Part shown: piece after piece, positions 20,851 through 35,154 of the stretch | How the letters are laid out: each line of letters opens with the position of its first letter | Numbering within the stretch: position 1 is the stretch's first letter | Assembly: GCA_977030845.1 (NCBI GenBank) | Contig: OZ365114.1 | Location: forward strand, 14,260,001 to 14,324,000 | Origin: Fimbriosthenelais zetlandica | Taxonomy: Eukaryota | DNA length: 64,000 nucleotides | Direction: 5' to 3' | Translations under genes and position numbers: made by a program | Notes under the pieces: generated by a model | Database searches by the model: none | Told to the model about the DNA's origin: nothing | Seen by the model: only the letters and a program-made list of their open reading frames with translations

Positions 20851-23800
20851 ACAGATATGTCTATAGAGAAAAGAATCTATTCATCATATTTTTATACAAG
20901 CTGATGAAACCATTCTTCATGCTTTCAGCAGATCGCCTTACCCCAATTGATTTAAAAACATTTGAGTGCAACAAAAAGCGGCAAAGGGGCTCAAGCATTG
21001 TCAACCAAGCAATACATTATCAGAATATAAAACAACATACCCAATGATGCTACTGCTAATATCTCTATAAACAATTATCTTATCAGAAATTAGGAAGTAT
21101 AAATTTATCATTTTATCCACTGTTGCTCTGCCCATCCTTGTGATAAAGCTTTCTTTTATTTTCTTACTTCAATGTTCAGAGAAAGGGACCAAAATAAGCC
21201 TAACACAAGTGACAAACAGATGTATTTAAGGCCCTGGGGAAAATGGTTTTGTCTGGGTGGGATGGGTCAGGATAGATCTAAATGTGGACTTCAAACTAAA
21301 TCAATCAGGTCAGTACAAAAATATCAGCGAATGTTCATACAAAAGGAGATTTGTACAAAGGGAGTTCAGACAAAAAGGTCCAACCGGACCTGCCTTTTTG
21401 ATCCTGTCAAATACATGATATCAATTTTCCAACAGAACTGAAGTAAACAATTAAGCCTTTAAAAGGAAAACACCTATTTGTTAAAAAAAAAACACTCCTG
21501 TATCATATTATAATAATTATAGCTAACCTGTTATGCTTGTGAACTACCTGTCCAATGGTATATACTTTTCCACTAGTGTAACTAACCCCGGGAAAAAATA
21601 AATGTATGGGGGCCTATCTATGTAGATGGACTATTTGTGGACATAGTTAGATGTGTGTTCAACATTATATGTAAACATGATCTCTATCACAGTACAGCCT
21701 TATCTAATGCAGAGATATCGTATATTTATCAATGATCGTTTTTAAAATATATACGTGTGTACAGAAGACTTGTTTAAGCTGGCGTGGCGTTAAATCACCA
21801 TTCATTCATTAGTGTTTACGATCTTTTCCTTTGGTCTATAATTCTAGGTCACACTATGAGATAAATATATTTTCAATGTGGGTATGTGAAGGAGGAAAAA
21901 TGAGGAGTAAACATATTTCTTACTTAAGAGATATAAGGTAAGGATCTAGTGAAATTCTTTACGTTTCTATACTGCCCTTTGATCTCTGGGAGGAAATTGA
22001 AACCAAAATAAGGAGAAAAACCATTCACTCACTACAGGATTTAACGATAAATAATTATTTTTTTAAATAACTGACACCTGTTTTATTGGGATTTATGTTT
22101 ATATTTCTAAATGTTTTGAGCTGTACAATCACCACACTATGTAGGATAGAAGAACTTGTCGGCTGGGCATCCCTCAACTCTTTCAGGATTTGGTTACCTC
22201 TGACGCCAAACCAATCACTTTTCATCCACATTTCATTCAAAACATACCCTTCCCGGGGTTGTTTCAAAATACAATGGGCTAACATATCAGTAAAGGCCTG
22301 TCTTCAAAAGGCCTAAACAGAAGGAAATGCCTGTTAAGGGACTTAAATTTGTATGTCTTAAGATTTATGTTCTGAAGATTATTAAGACTAGGCCTACCGT
22401 AGAAAAGGGTACCGTACTAAAGGTAAAGCCCCAAATATGGCTAGTGACTATTTTCCATTATGAAATGTATTTCCAAATAAGTCTGAAAAGTGTATCTGAA
22501 TTAGAATCTATTTTATAGAGAGCAGAACCGGTATCATAGATATTATAACGCTGTCCTAAGCCACAAAGACTTAATTAAATTTGGATGCAAGTTTTAAGGG
22601 TTTATGATTTAGTGAATGGCAGCTTCATACCCGCATCCTGCTACTACTGACATTGAGGAACTAAATATTTTTGTTGCACATAGTGTTTTGATTCTCATGG
22701 CAGTGAAAGTGACACGAGTGTAAATAATCGACAGGATATAAACCAGGCAGTGAATTAAGGATTTCCTTGGATGCAACCGCAGAGCTACACATTTCCTGAA
22801 TCGAGAAATATGAATGACGTTATGTTCATCCTAACGTAAAATTCTGATCTATCTGTCTGTCCCTAGATCTGTCTCTATTTTTCTGTCTATCCTCTCTCTA
22901 TATATAGGCCTATATATCCCTCTGTTTCTCTCTATCCCTCTTTCTCCATCTCTCTCCCTTTCTCAAGAGGAAGAGATGTGGAGCAGAAGGATGAACTGAA
23001 TGTGAGTAGAGAGAAAGAAGAGGAGCATGAGGAAGAAGTGAAGACGTCATGAGAGGTCATTGTCCAGGGGCAATGACACCGACGTCCATAAATCGTCCTT
23101 GGATCACGTCTGTCAAAGCCTGTATTAGAGGACACCCCTTGAAGGCGTCCCTCTACAGCATGGGTCCACTCAGCTCTTATACTGAGTAAATGTTTCCATT
23201 TCTATTGAGCCGGTCATTAACCTGAGCTGCTCTGACCGGCGGGAGCAGAAGGTGCTTGGCAAGACAATGACCCTGAAGTAACAGCTTTACAAACAGACGT
23301 TCAGAATAAATAATCAAGAATAGAAGACTAAGAATCCTATTTACAACTTATTCCAGCTGGTCACTCCATGGGGCAATGCAAGCAGTTGAATGACCGTCTA
23401 CCAGTGCATTTAATTAAGGATTTTTACAATAACAAAATGGTAGAAAAGTGGGAATGGTAACTAGCGATTTTCAATATACAAAATGTACATTTGCGTTGTA
23501 AGAATTAATGTGAATAATCGAAATAATGTCATTGTCTAAAGAAGAACAGAGGAAGTCTTAGACCATTTAACATTACTTAACAACACGGTACAGCAAAATT
23601 GATAGGGAATTCTGCTTCCAAACCAAATTGCATACAAAATATTACCAGAGAGAAGTATAAAGTCTCTTCCACATAATTATCTCTTCACCTAGGGGGACAT
23701 GTTTTTAATTTTTGATTACCAGATGAGAAACAGATAAAAAAACAGTTAGTCTCATGGTAATCCAGTGTTGAGGTGGTCGGGGGTGGGGGGTATTCAGTGG

Positions 23801-25394
23801 TGGTATAAGTGAATGTCCGCGGATGGGAGTTAATCTGGTATAAGCCATATAGAGGTGCCTGGATGTGTGAACGTCATCAGGCTAGTCTCTCACCTGTATG
23901 ACGCTAACAGACAGTCAGAAGGAGGGCCTGTATAATCATTATAATAATGTATACACGCTTTATCCATGTTTGTTATGGCAAAAGTAAATCATTAAAAAGT
24001 ATCATTTCAAAGACATATTACAAATGCGGATCCAGTAGGGTTGTTTTTCTTGGTGGGGTTGGGGGATTAGAACCCAAGTTTCCTTAGAGGGCCTAACGTT
24101 CAGGCGAAACGAAGGCCCCTAAATATGCCTAAACCAAAGCAAAGATACAACCATAGACAACAGGTATAGGCCGACCTATTTCAATAAATAGGAAAGCAAA
24201 CCTGCAAAATGACACTGAGGGGCTTACTTTTTTAGTTGTTTTTTTCCTTGGGTGATGGGGGGAGGGGGATTACAATGCATTGGCCTTGTTTTCCTCCCAA
24301 TTCAATAAAAGTAAAGGAGATAACAGACACAGTCACGGTAAGCGGAAGCTCCGTGAACTCTTATCTTTCCTGTTATCTCCGCGTTCAGTGAGCAGATCCT
24401 ATACCCACCTACACCTCTCTACACCACACCCCTGTGAGTAACTCATTAGCCTTGCATACGTCTTCTATTCTTAAACCGTTCCTTAAATTTTAGATGCTTA
24501 AAGTTTGAGGCTACCTGACATATTATAGGAGGGAGATTGAGAGAGAGGAAGAGGGAGAAAGAGGGGAGGGAGATGGAGAGAGTGGGGAAGAGGAGAGAGG
24601 AAGAGAGAGAGATAGAAAGCAAGAGGGGCATGGAGACAGGGGTACGGACATAGGGTTCCTATTGTCATACAGGGATGAGAGCTAGTCTACATATGGAGCA
24701 GCTCATCCGTCTAGCCTAGATACCCAGTATAATGAATCAGAGCTGCGGTTTCCAGGCATCCAGTCTGCCCTCAGGTCTATGAGTATTCACCCCTTCACCG
24801 GTACTCCTCCAGCAACTCGTCTTCACTTCTAGGAACTTTGATTTCCACCCGTGGAGAGAAATCAGTTAATTGTTTGAACCTTGGTATATACTAGCTCCGT
24901 TTCCCTGCAGGCCAGACTTCCCTTTGCGCACAGTAAGAGGAAATTCAGCCTGATTGGCAATTCATTGAAAAGAGAAGAGCTCACTTACTTTAATATTCCA
25001 ATAATAATCAGAAATGTCACCTTGGGTTGGTGCTTCTATTATTCATGAAACTGGTTGCATTGCAAATATTAGTTCCAAATTTTCTAAGAGGTAGTTTCAT
25101 GAAATGATGGAAACAATTATAGACTCGCAGAATTCGTTATCCGCGTCCACCTTTTTCAATCATAACTTCAGGGGGACGATTTACAGTTATTAGTCAGGGG
25201 TGAGAAGGCGGGCACAGGGGGGGGGGGGGGGGGTGAGGGGTGATGGTGAGCTGAGTAAGACAATGTGAGCTCATCGTACCATCATCACCTCAAGTAGCAA
25301 TGAGGTGTTTTTATCTCAATCACAACTAATCATTCCGTCTCATTACCTTTATGACATGTTTAAAGATGGACTCATCTTTAAAGAGGGTCATGAG

Positions 25395-25665
25395 TCAGAG
25401 GGAATAGAGAGGGACGGGGATGAGAGAAAGGAAGCAATGGGAGAGAGGCGGGGTTAAAGGAGAGAAATCAGATAGGCAGGGAGAGAGATAGAGACAGAGA
25501 GAGGGAGAGATGGAGAGAGTGAGAGAAAAAGAGATGGAGAGAGAGGAGGTAGGTGAAAGGAGCGATAAAAGAGGCAGCAACAGAGAGTGAGAGGGAGAGG
25601 TGTGCGGAGGTGGCGGAGACAGATAGAGATATAGGAGGAAAGTGGAGGGTGAGAGAGTGGAAAAG
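25395..25665. repeat. GA-rich low-complexity tract (a similar one lies at ~24535-24630)
   Basis: Degenerate (GA)n. Confidence 0.9.
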
Positions 25666-28600
25666 AAACAAAGATAACTTTGAATACATTGCACTAAAAC
25701 CTTCTAATATTCTTTGACACCTTAAATTCACTAAAAGAGTGTAGGCTATAAACTCAGCCTGGGTAGCCTGAGATGAGCTGCTGTGAGCACATGTAATCAC
25801 AACATATAGCCAGCCATCGCTCATCCACGATTAGTGTTAACAGAAAACACCAGGCGGCGTGACGGAGGTCCAGATATCCCACAGAGAGTACAGAGTAGAC
25901 AGACACAATTCTTAAGTAGAGGAAAGGTTAAGGAGTGCGGGGTGATCTACAATAGTGGAAGTCCCGGGCTGAACCCAGTACAAGGGGGAATACCCTACCA
26001 TTGTACTAACATGTAAACCTCAGGTGCACACAGGTGAAAAAGTCACCAGGTAACTGGTAGAGGGGGGATATGTTAGATAAGCTATACCACCAGTAGTGGG
26101 GAATATGTACAGCGGTGAAATTTCCCAGAAATCACATTAGTGACATGTAGGCTATGTTCAATCTTTACAGGATGACAAGTATAATACGGAATAGAGAGAC
26201 AAAACCTTCTAAAGATGTTCTAAAACAATAACTAAAATCTAGTCGACTAATAGGCACTAATAGGCTCCAATTTGCATTAATTATATGTCATTAGCATTTG
26301 CCATAAATAATGTTGAGTGTAAAAATGGTGATTTTGTCATGCTAATGAAGGATATTTTGTCAATAAATATCATGCTTTAAAGTAACGACGATTAGTTAAG
26401 ACATGACAAATGGTTGAGAAACTTGAGATATCTTCTCATCTTTTCACGGAAATAAAAGACAATAGGAAATTCGAAAAAAAGTCTACAAGTTTAACGGATG
26501 GAAGAGGGTGATGGGGAGGCGTGGTGAGGGGGGCGGTATCAACACCTCCAGGTTCTGTTCCCAGCCCTTCCTCTTCCATCTACTGTTGACAGAAGTGTGA
26601 ACTTTCAGAGAATCAAATCAAAGTATTCTGTGAAGGACCAGCAGAGAGACAAAGATGGCGAGGGTCCATGTAAGGGGGTTAAAATCGTGATAAAACCAAA
26701 TCAAAAGACATTTATACTAAAAACAATTTGTCTGACCCATCCATAGAAAAATATTCTTGGATTTTGGCCAAACACATTTAAAATTAAAATAAAAGAATGC
26801 GTATGATGAAAGATTATTTTGCGCCTGTTTGGAAAGTGAAATGCTCTAGATTTGTCCACAGATTTGATGAATGGATAAGGTTTTTTGTGTTTTTTAGAAA
26901 CGCACTCGGGTATCTGCGTATTTAAAAGGCCTTGCATCAGTATAGCGAGCACGCATCTGCTATTTTGTAGTTAATGAACCAAATAACTCCGAGCTGCTTT
27001 AGTTTTAAGCTTTCTACCGTTTTCCAGCTAAACTGGTATTGATCGGTTAACATTTCATCATTGCTGAGCCTGATGCAATCCCTCTCTAACTCATGCCACT
27101 CTGGACTATAGAACTGGATGGAGACTCTCGTCCCTTCAATTATTATTTATTTTGTCCAATACCATTCATTTATTGTTGGGTAATTTTGTAAACTGTAGCC
27201 AAAATACCCGATTACTTGACTGATAGAAAGTCATATTGACCAGTGCAATGTTAATACTTGAAATAAAAATTGAGATCTACATTTATGCTTCAATAAAAAA
27301 ATATAAACCTATGAAAAAATCAGGGGGTTGTGCAAGCCTAAAGCTAGTGATGATGTGTCCTTAGGTCTTTGATTAATGAATATAGAATACATGAAGCTGA
27401 ACCTATGACCTTGACAGTCCACCAGGTTGGAGTTTGCTCTCTGTACCTTTGGACTTTGTCTTGTTTGAGGCGGAGAACCCAACAACAAAAACTTGCATCA
27501 GAAACAAACTTTGTCCACGACTCTGTTTTCACACTAAAAGAGAAGGAAAGTCCCTTTAGTCACATGAGTTCCCAGGGGCCTGTTTCAGAAAAGTGGGTTA
27601 TTTGCGCAGAGAGTTAGAAAGACCGGGTAGGAAAAGCACATTTTTAAATACAATTCTCGGGTTTTATACTTGCTAGATATAAATAATTGTACATATTCGT
27701 AAAATAATATATTAAACATGTGTTCCTTTCAATTCAATTCCTCTCACGCAGAAGTTATGAATCAATCCCTATACATCTACATACTATAAAGTCATGTTTC
27801 CATAGTGGGAGCAAAAATGTTTTTGCCCCATTTCAGAAGTTCTAGGAATTGGTGCAGGGGTTGCCCCTCTTTTTTCTTCACATTGGTCTCCATCTCTCCC
27901 TAACACTGATGTGCCCACTGCATATTTGGGTAGCCCAAAGGTATAACCTCATATACAGAAATTAATGCTATTTTTCCAGGATTTCTTGCCCACTGAATAC
28001 CAGATATTGGCACCCACTACATAGTTCAGTAGCCTCAGCCGTGACCTCCACCGAGTGACAACCTCAGTTTATAAGTGACAATCTTGTTGGTTGATAAGTC
28101 ACAAGTGATAATAGACTGTGGGTGGGGGCGGGGGGGGGGGGGGGTGACCATGGATCAGTGCACTAGTGGTTGACCCATAGGAATGTGTGCAGGTGGAGGA
28201 GGCAGAGAGGGGAAGATGGGGATGCCATCCCAGATTAAGACATCCCCCATGTTTGGTCATTCTCTTAAACCTTCAAACAGCAGCTGCTGAAACCACAAGA
28301 CAACTGACAAGGCACGAATGGTGACGACTTGAAGTGTCAATTCAGGGACATTTCCCGTTCACGGGGGTGTTTCCCTGCGAACAGCAACTCACGAGAAATC
28401 ATTTCATGAATTCTTCTCCAGAGTATTCATCTGAGGTATTCCAGTTTCCACAGAGAATCTGGTTTCAACAACCTGAATGCTGTACGCCCAAACATCCACT
28501 CTTCAACACCTTCAATTAATATCAATTAATGTTAAGAAAGTGTCAAGCATAAAATTGATGAAAATTGATGAAATATTTGTGGGGAGGGCAAGCGTATAGA

Positions 28601-28821
28601 TGTGGGGGTGAGGATTGTAGCACATGGCCTGGATTCACCTCGTGGACTTCTGTATGTGGGCTAGAGTCTAAAGATTCACAGAACCTCCAGGTATGAACTA
28701 GTTCTACCTTCTAGTTCTTTCCTTCTCTCTCCTCCAGCTCTACTGCAAAGAGAGAGTGAGAGAGGAGAGAGAGATGAGAGTGAGAGATATATGGAAGAGA
28801 AAATAGAAGAGAATGTAGAGG

Positions 28822-28950
28822 NNNNNNNNNNNNNNNNNNNNNNNNNNNNNNNNNNNNNNNNNNNNNNNNNNNNNNNNNNNNNNNNNNNNNNNNNNNNNNN
28901 NNNNNNNNNNNNNNNNNNNNNNNNNNNNNNNNNNNNNNNNNNNNNNNNNA
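28822..28950. other. Assembly gap (129 N)
   Basis: N run flanked by a GA tract on the left and a perfect palindrome on the right. Confidence 1.
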
Positions 28951-28952
28951 AC

Positions 28953-28990
28953 CAACGAGTATAGAAAGAAGCTTCTTTCTATACTCGTTG
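28953..28990. repeat. Perfect 38-bp palindrome; related copies at 59524-59556 and 32420-32437
   Basis: caacgagtatagaaagaag|cttctttctatactcgttg. Confidence 0.9.
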
Positions 28991-31900
28991 AATAAACCAA
29001 GCATCCGAAATTTTCCCCGCAGCAACTATACTGGCCTCCTTATTATGAATTTATACCATGCATAAATAATAATTCATCTATATATATAGAATATCATTTC
29101 CATGCAAGGAAACTAGTTCACAGGGCTTTGTAAGAAAGGGAATATCCTAATAATGTAGGATAATTAATGTAGAGTGTGTGTCCCCACAGGGTGAAGCGTC
29201 GTCTTATATAGGCCTGAGTTCCCCTCAGACGAGGGTTCATCCAGGGTCCATGGTAAACTAAGTTAATCACCTGGTTCTATGCTGACCCCTCATTTCCCCT
29301 TACATGATTCGCCCCCAGGAGACAAATCATTTGAAATATAGACCACATTCCATAACGGGTGAAAGGAAAACGTGTCTAATATAGGCAAAATATGTGAATT
29401 ACTGTAAGTTATACCTGTGTTCATGTATCTTTATATTGTAATGATTTACTACTATTTGAAGGAGTAATTCCATTTTTACATTTTAGCGAATCTACGTTTA
29501 CATCAGTCTGGTGGACGAAATTCGTAAATAAAAAAAATCAAATATAAATAATTATTTAATTAGAAATATATTGATTTAAAAATATCAAAAAAACTGATTT
29601 GTAATTCGAGGCGATAATGGAGGGACCATGTACCTACACAAACAAAATATTATTTGAAATTCAAGGCGGAAATTAAAAGAGAAAACACTTTAGGATATAA
29701 TATTACTAGTTTTGAAACCTAAAAATTTAAAGATTGTGATATTTAAATCTGGAGACCATTACGAAAATATAAGTCAGGGCTATAAAAAAAAAAAGAGTCA
29801 TATTAAATATAAACAACCGTGTGTTTGATCAAAAGACTCGCAGAACAAAGGAAACAATAGGAGTAACAAATACTAGCGGTATCCATGTTATAGAGCCTAG
29901 ACAAAGCCACCACCCTATATAACCTGGATCCAGGGTTACATAGATAATATAATGATCCAACTCACGACTCCTACACACTCCACCCATACAAGTCACCTCA
30001 TAATCCAGGTCAATTAAACTCAACCAAATCAACCTAGATACTTATAGAGGTTACAATTAATTCCCAAAGCTGCGATCATATGAACTAAGGTATGCTACAA
30101 ACATAGGGTTCGAGTTACATAAGATGGCCTCAAAGCGCAGCCTAACCTACATAGATCTGCTGATGTGGGACATATGATTGGTAAAGTGATGAGTGTTGCA
30201 TCAGAAAGAGCAGCTGAAGCAGCTGAGAATAATGCATGCCTGGGTGGATGCTATTGTGAAGGAATCAATGCATTATACTCCTTAGCCTAGTTTTATAGAT
30301 AGGTCACTGGTGCAGGCAGGCTGTACCAGAGGGATCAGATCACTTAACACTGAATAAAGGTATATGTAGGTAGGTGAAGATGCCAAGGCTTTTGTTGCAT
30401 AGGGAAATAGCATGAGCAAATAACATTGGTACTGGCTTAGAGTAAAATAATTTTACTCGAAGAAATAAAATACAACTACATACATGTTTTGAAGCTTTTT
30501 TTCTAGGATTTCGCACTACTTGAAAATCTTGTTTAAAAGAGTTACTAAAATTGCAAAAGTAGTCACATTCTGAGCAAAGTCAGCATCCTCAAATCTTAAT
30601 ACACAAGCGGTCTATTGTGTGTCAGGGCTAGCCTCTGCATGTCTTATGTCGGTAAATATTACTCAATCAACAGCACAAAGCTTGGTGGGATTAAGGATTT
30701 CAGAATAAACTGAAAACTAATATCAAAGTTCCAACTGAACTTTGCGAATGCTGCACTTTGTTTTTCAGTCAAATATCTTTGTCCCTTGTCCAGGGATTGG
30801 GAGGGTATTGCTGTCGAGGCAACTTATCCAAAGCTGAGGGGTTGTTTCATAAACATTTTGTAAGGAAATACACTCAGTCTTTCATTTCGGTGGCCTCGAA
30901 CTCTTGGTGTTTTCAGCATAAATACCATTGAATAATTATGGCAATTATTGACTCAAAAATGAATGCCTCCAGTTCTCAATAGTAGTTTGGTTTTCCTCAA
31001 TACTAAGTATTACTTTTCCAAAAATCCTTCATTTCAAAGGCTTCTCTTTCTGATGTATCATTCAGAAATACCGATGAATAAGGCATTCAAATATCCATTA
31101 AAATATTTCTTCAGTTTTCAATGGACATTCATATTTCTCAGTACCAACAAATCCTGCATGATCCTCAGATTACATCCCCGGGTAAATATCAAACTTTCCT
31201 TATCAAAGTTTTTTTTATGAGACAGGGCCTGTGAGAAGGCAGGCGTCTAGCATGCAGCCTGTAGGCATACCTCATGCAAACATGGCAAAGAGTCCGTGTA
31301 AACTTCCATCATAAACTGGTACAGACTTGTGAGGTGGAGATGGGATGAAAAAGACAAGATGTGACATGATTTACTCGTGTTGTCCTCCCATTCCAAATCA
31401 CGATCTTCACCTATGACGTGATGCGACAGCGATAGAAAAATTATTTTGTTATTCTGGAAAAGTACCTTCTTCTTGAATAAAGGCTTTTTTAAATATAAAA
31501 TGTGGAGGGTGGGGATGCAGCTGAAAACTGCAGAATGTTCCATCAATCTAATGCAGTTAAATAATAGATGCGCTTGAACAGCAAGGCAAATATGTTGACG
31601 TTAGTGAAATGAATTAATGTATGGATACAAATATTTCCAATATATACAACTGTCTAATGATTTTTGAACCCACACAATTCGCAAAAAAGGGTTATTTCTT
31701 GAAAAGATATTAATAATCTTTTTTCATGATCACAATTGTGCCTTTCAATCATAGAATAAAGTGAGAATGTAAGAGATGTTGTGGAAATCAAACATATCCC
31801 TGGTCAATGACTCTAATAGACAATTCTGCTGTGAATGATCCTCCAGTAGAAAGCATGGCACTTTGCACAATGCTGAGTGTGGAGGGCGGGTGTTGACAGT

Positions 31901-33124
31901 CAGTGTGGGTGGGTGTTTGGTTTAGGTGGGAGGGGGTATTCTATATCTGGTATAGAATTCTAGGAATAGAGCAGCATCTCATACAAATCTGTCTACCATC
32001 ATTTGCTCAGTGACGGTCACCACGCTGTGCACAGACGTGCAACCATCGGTCAACAGCGATGCTAGTAAATATTATTATGGCCGGCTAAATATAGCAGCAA
32101 TTCATGGATCCACTCCAAGGATAAACACGCTGGAAGCTGGAAATTTAACTTGAAGCATAACAAGTGTTCCTAATCAAAAATGACATTTTGATTTTCCAGT
32201 AAAATTTGATAAATTTGCATGCCAGTGACAATATATATTCGTGAAACATAATAATAATTTGTATAAATATACTGATAGATTTAAGAGGCAATTAATCAAA
32301 TGTTGGTGAACTCCTTCCAGAAAACAATTCAGAGTAGCCACTATTAAGTTTGATTTCTTAGATATGTACATAATTGGAAAATGAAAATGTTTTTTAAACA
32401 TTCAGAGCATCAACCAAAGCAACAAGTATACTCGTTGACCAAAGTAACAGGTCAATGAATTCATCTTTCCAAATTTTTCTTAGTTAACTATGTCGTGATA
32501 TATTTGAAGATATTAAGATATTCCATTCATCTAAACAGGATCTTGCGGAAGATTATATGACTATAAATTGATAAGGGAAAGCCACAGAAAAAGGTCAATG
32601 AAATTCAAGTGTCTTAACTGTCGCACCACATCCCTCCACTCCACCTCTACTTGTAAACTCTCACTGAATTCACTTTCTAACCTGACCTCACTCTACAGAA
32701 TATTTTCACTATCATTTTACTTTCGGGCAGTGCATACCAATCTATAGCCATAAGTTCATGTATTCAAATTAGGAAAATGTAATAAAATGCAATAAATTGT
32801 TAATGCATGTAGAAAAATAGACCTTGTGACTCAGAGACAAGGTGAACATTTATAAACGAAAATTTTTATAAAATTGGATCACCTGTGGCAGGATGCGATC
32901 CGGGATCAGGCTATGTGCTAATGACCGAGGGTAGGTGATTAGTGATAAGGTGATAAGAGTGATAAGGGGTGAGGTTCTCATCACCGTGATAAGCACCACT
33001 TTCAGCGTTACAAAGCTTCTTATCACTGGACCACTGTATCTCTTATATAGGCTGAGATCCGTCACAAATCACCCACTGTGACGGATTCCAGGCACGCTAC
33101 ATTTAAAACAATGCCTGCTTAAAA

Positions 33125-33164
33125 AATCAGTCTCGGAGAGAGAGAGGGAGAGAGAGATATATAC

Positions 33165-33206
<42 letters not shown>

Positions 33207-33320
33207 GAGAGAGAGAAAGAGAGACCGAGAGAGAGAGGGGGTGGAGAGGGATGGAGAGTGGGAGACAGATAGAAACCGTGGGGACATAGCGAGGGGAGAT
33301 ATAGGACTGATAGAAGAGAG
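33125..33320. repeat. (GA)n microsatellite and purine tract
   Basis: Pure GA run at ~33168-33200. Confidence 0.92.
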
Positions 33321-34849
33321 AACCCAGAAGGCTATTTCTAATAATATATTGGGATAATATGCACATAAGTTTTGTGTTGATTTGTACATGCAAACTTAAT
33401 GATTCTGAACATAATATGCATTTCTGGCATTGGTGAAAAATCTGGTATTTTCGGGCGTGAAATTTTGATATTTGGTGTGTGTAATTTTGATATTTGTGAT
33501 TCAGTAATGTAAATTTTATGATATTTGGTGATTCAGTCACTGTAATTTTGATTTATAATGTAATGTATGTAGTGAGATGGGGTTATATATATACTGCGAA
33601 CATTGAGCACATGGCGCAGTACATAAACAAACCCAGCCTGGTGAGCTGTGTTGTCAAAAGATGAGTTCACCTTGACAGTGTAAAGCAGGTAGATCACATG
33701 ATGTTTGTATTGACATTGACCCAGTACCGACACCTACCACGGTCATTCAAGGTACCCTCTACAACTTAGCATCAAACATTTATTTAATTTTCTTTCTTAA
33801 CAAAAGGTCCATCAGACACAATTTTACTTAATGAACCAAGCAGACCTTAGCCTTAAAGGTTTAATTAATGGCAAATTAATATTGAAATAACCTGTAAAAT
33901 TGGCTTATTTTCCCATATAGTATTTCGGTATATCGTTTGAATTACCGTGATAGATAATTCGCTATAGTAATTGAAAGTTCACAAAGATAATAATGAACAT
34001 ATCACTAATTGATAATGATATATATCTATGATAATAAATCATTTCTCAGAATTCACCACAGGATATACGACCGACTAAAATGATGATCAACAGTACGACA
34101 CTTATAAAAGAGCTCTTGATGTCCAATAAATCAATCAAATTGCAATATTATAATTACCTTTTTTTTTTTTTTTTTTTTTAAATTAGTGTCAATGAGAGGT
34201 AGGCATTCGGTCAATCTGTGACATTCAAATCAGCCTTATCTTTCCAATTAACTCTGGCAAACAATTGACATCCAGAGAAGACACAACAAAAAACCGATCC
34301 CACACACTGACCTTTCAATTGTTCTGCCCTTGCATGGACACAACACAGATGTTATAAATTCCATTTTTGGGAATTTAGCCAGTCAGGCATAGCTTAGAAA
34401 TGTACTTAAACAAAATTTTACAGACCAAAACAATAGAGAGATACAACAGTGTTTGACCTTCAAACTGAAGAAAACAACACATTTTCCAGATGGTTGGAGT
34501 TGTGCGTTCTTTTCAGGCAAACGACATTATAGGATTTCATAAACAGAAGTTACGTAAATGAGAGGGTTATGAAATGCAATAAACTGATACCCACATCTGT
34601 CATTGATATGAAAACAGGGCAATAAAACACCTCGCATAAACAAGTTCATAAATTCATTACATCATAAGAAAAGGTAGAAATTCAGTCTAATGGAACTAAA
34701 CCTCATGCACAGTGCCCCGAGTTGATTCACTGCAAGACCTGAAGCAACTAAAGCTTAACGTTACGATTCAAATTAAGATTTAGATATTTAGAAAGATATA
34801 TTAAAGTTTTAGATCAGAATAGAAGATGAGCGTTTCATGTTATATTAAC

Positions 34850-35154
34850 TGACGTCAATTCACGGTAAACTAATCGTACACTAACTGTAACGTTCAATTT
34901 ATAATCGTGAGTAGCTTATCGGAAACAACTCAACAATCAAAGAAATATCATGCAAAAAAATTATATTTTTCTATCAATCACAATAGGACATTGATTGAAC
35001 AACAGGTTTTTGGATTGATATACAGTCATGTTATCTGGTATGATTGACGTCAAAGCACGGCCTGGCACACGGCCCAGACCTGGGATCTGTGTCAGTCATT
35101 CTCATTGGCTCACAGGGACAACGCCTCCTTGACGGAGCACGTGGTTTTGTTTAC
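34850..35154. promoter_or_regulatory. Putative enhancer or alternative promoter: CRE x2, CCAAT, E-box, FOX site
   Basis: TGACGTCA at 34850 and 35045, ATTGG at 35104, CACGTG at 35138, TGTTTAC at 35148. Confidence 0.4.
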
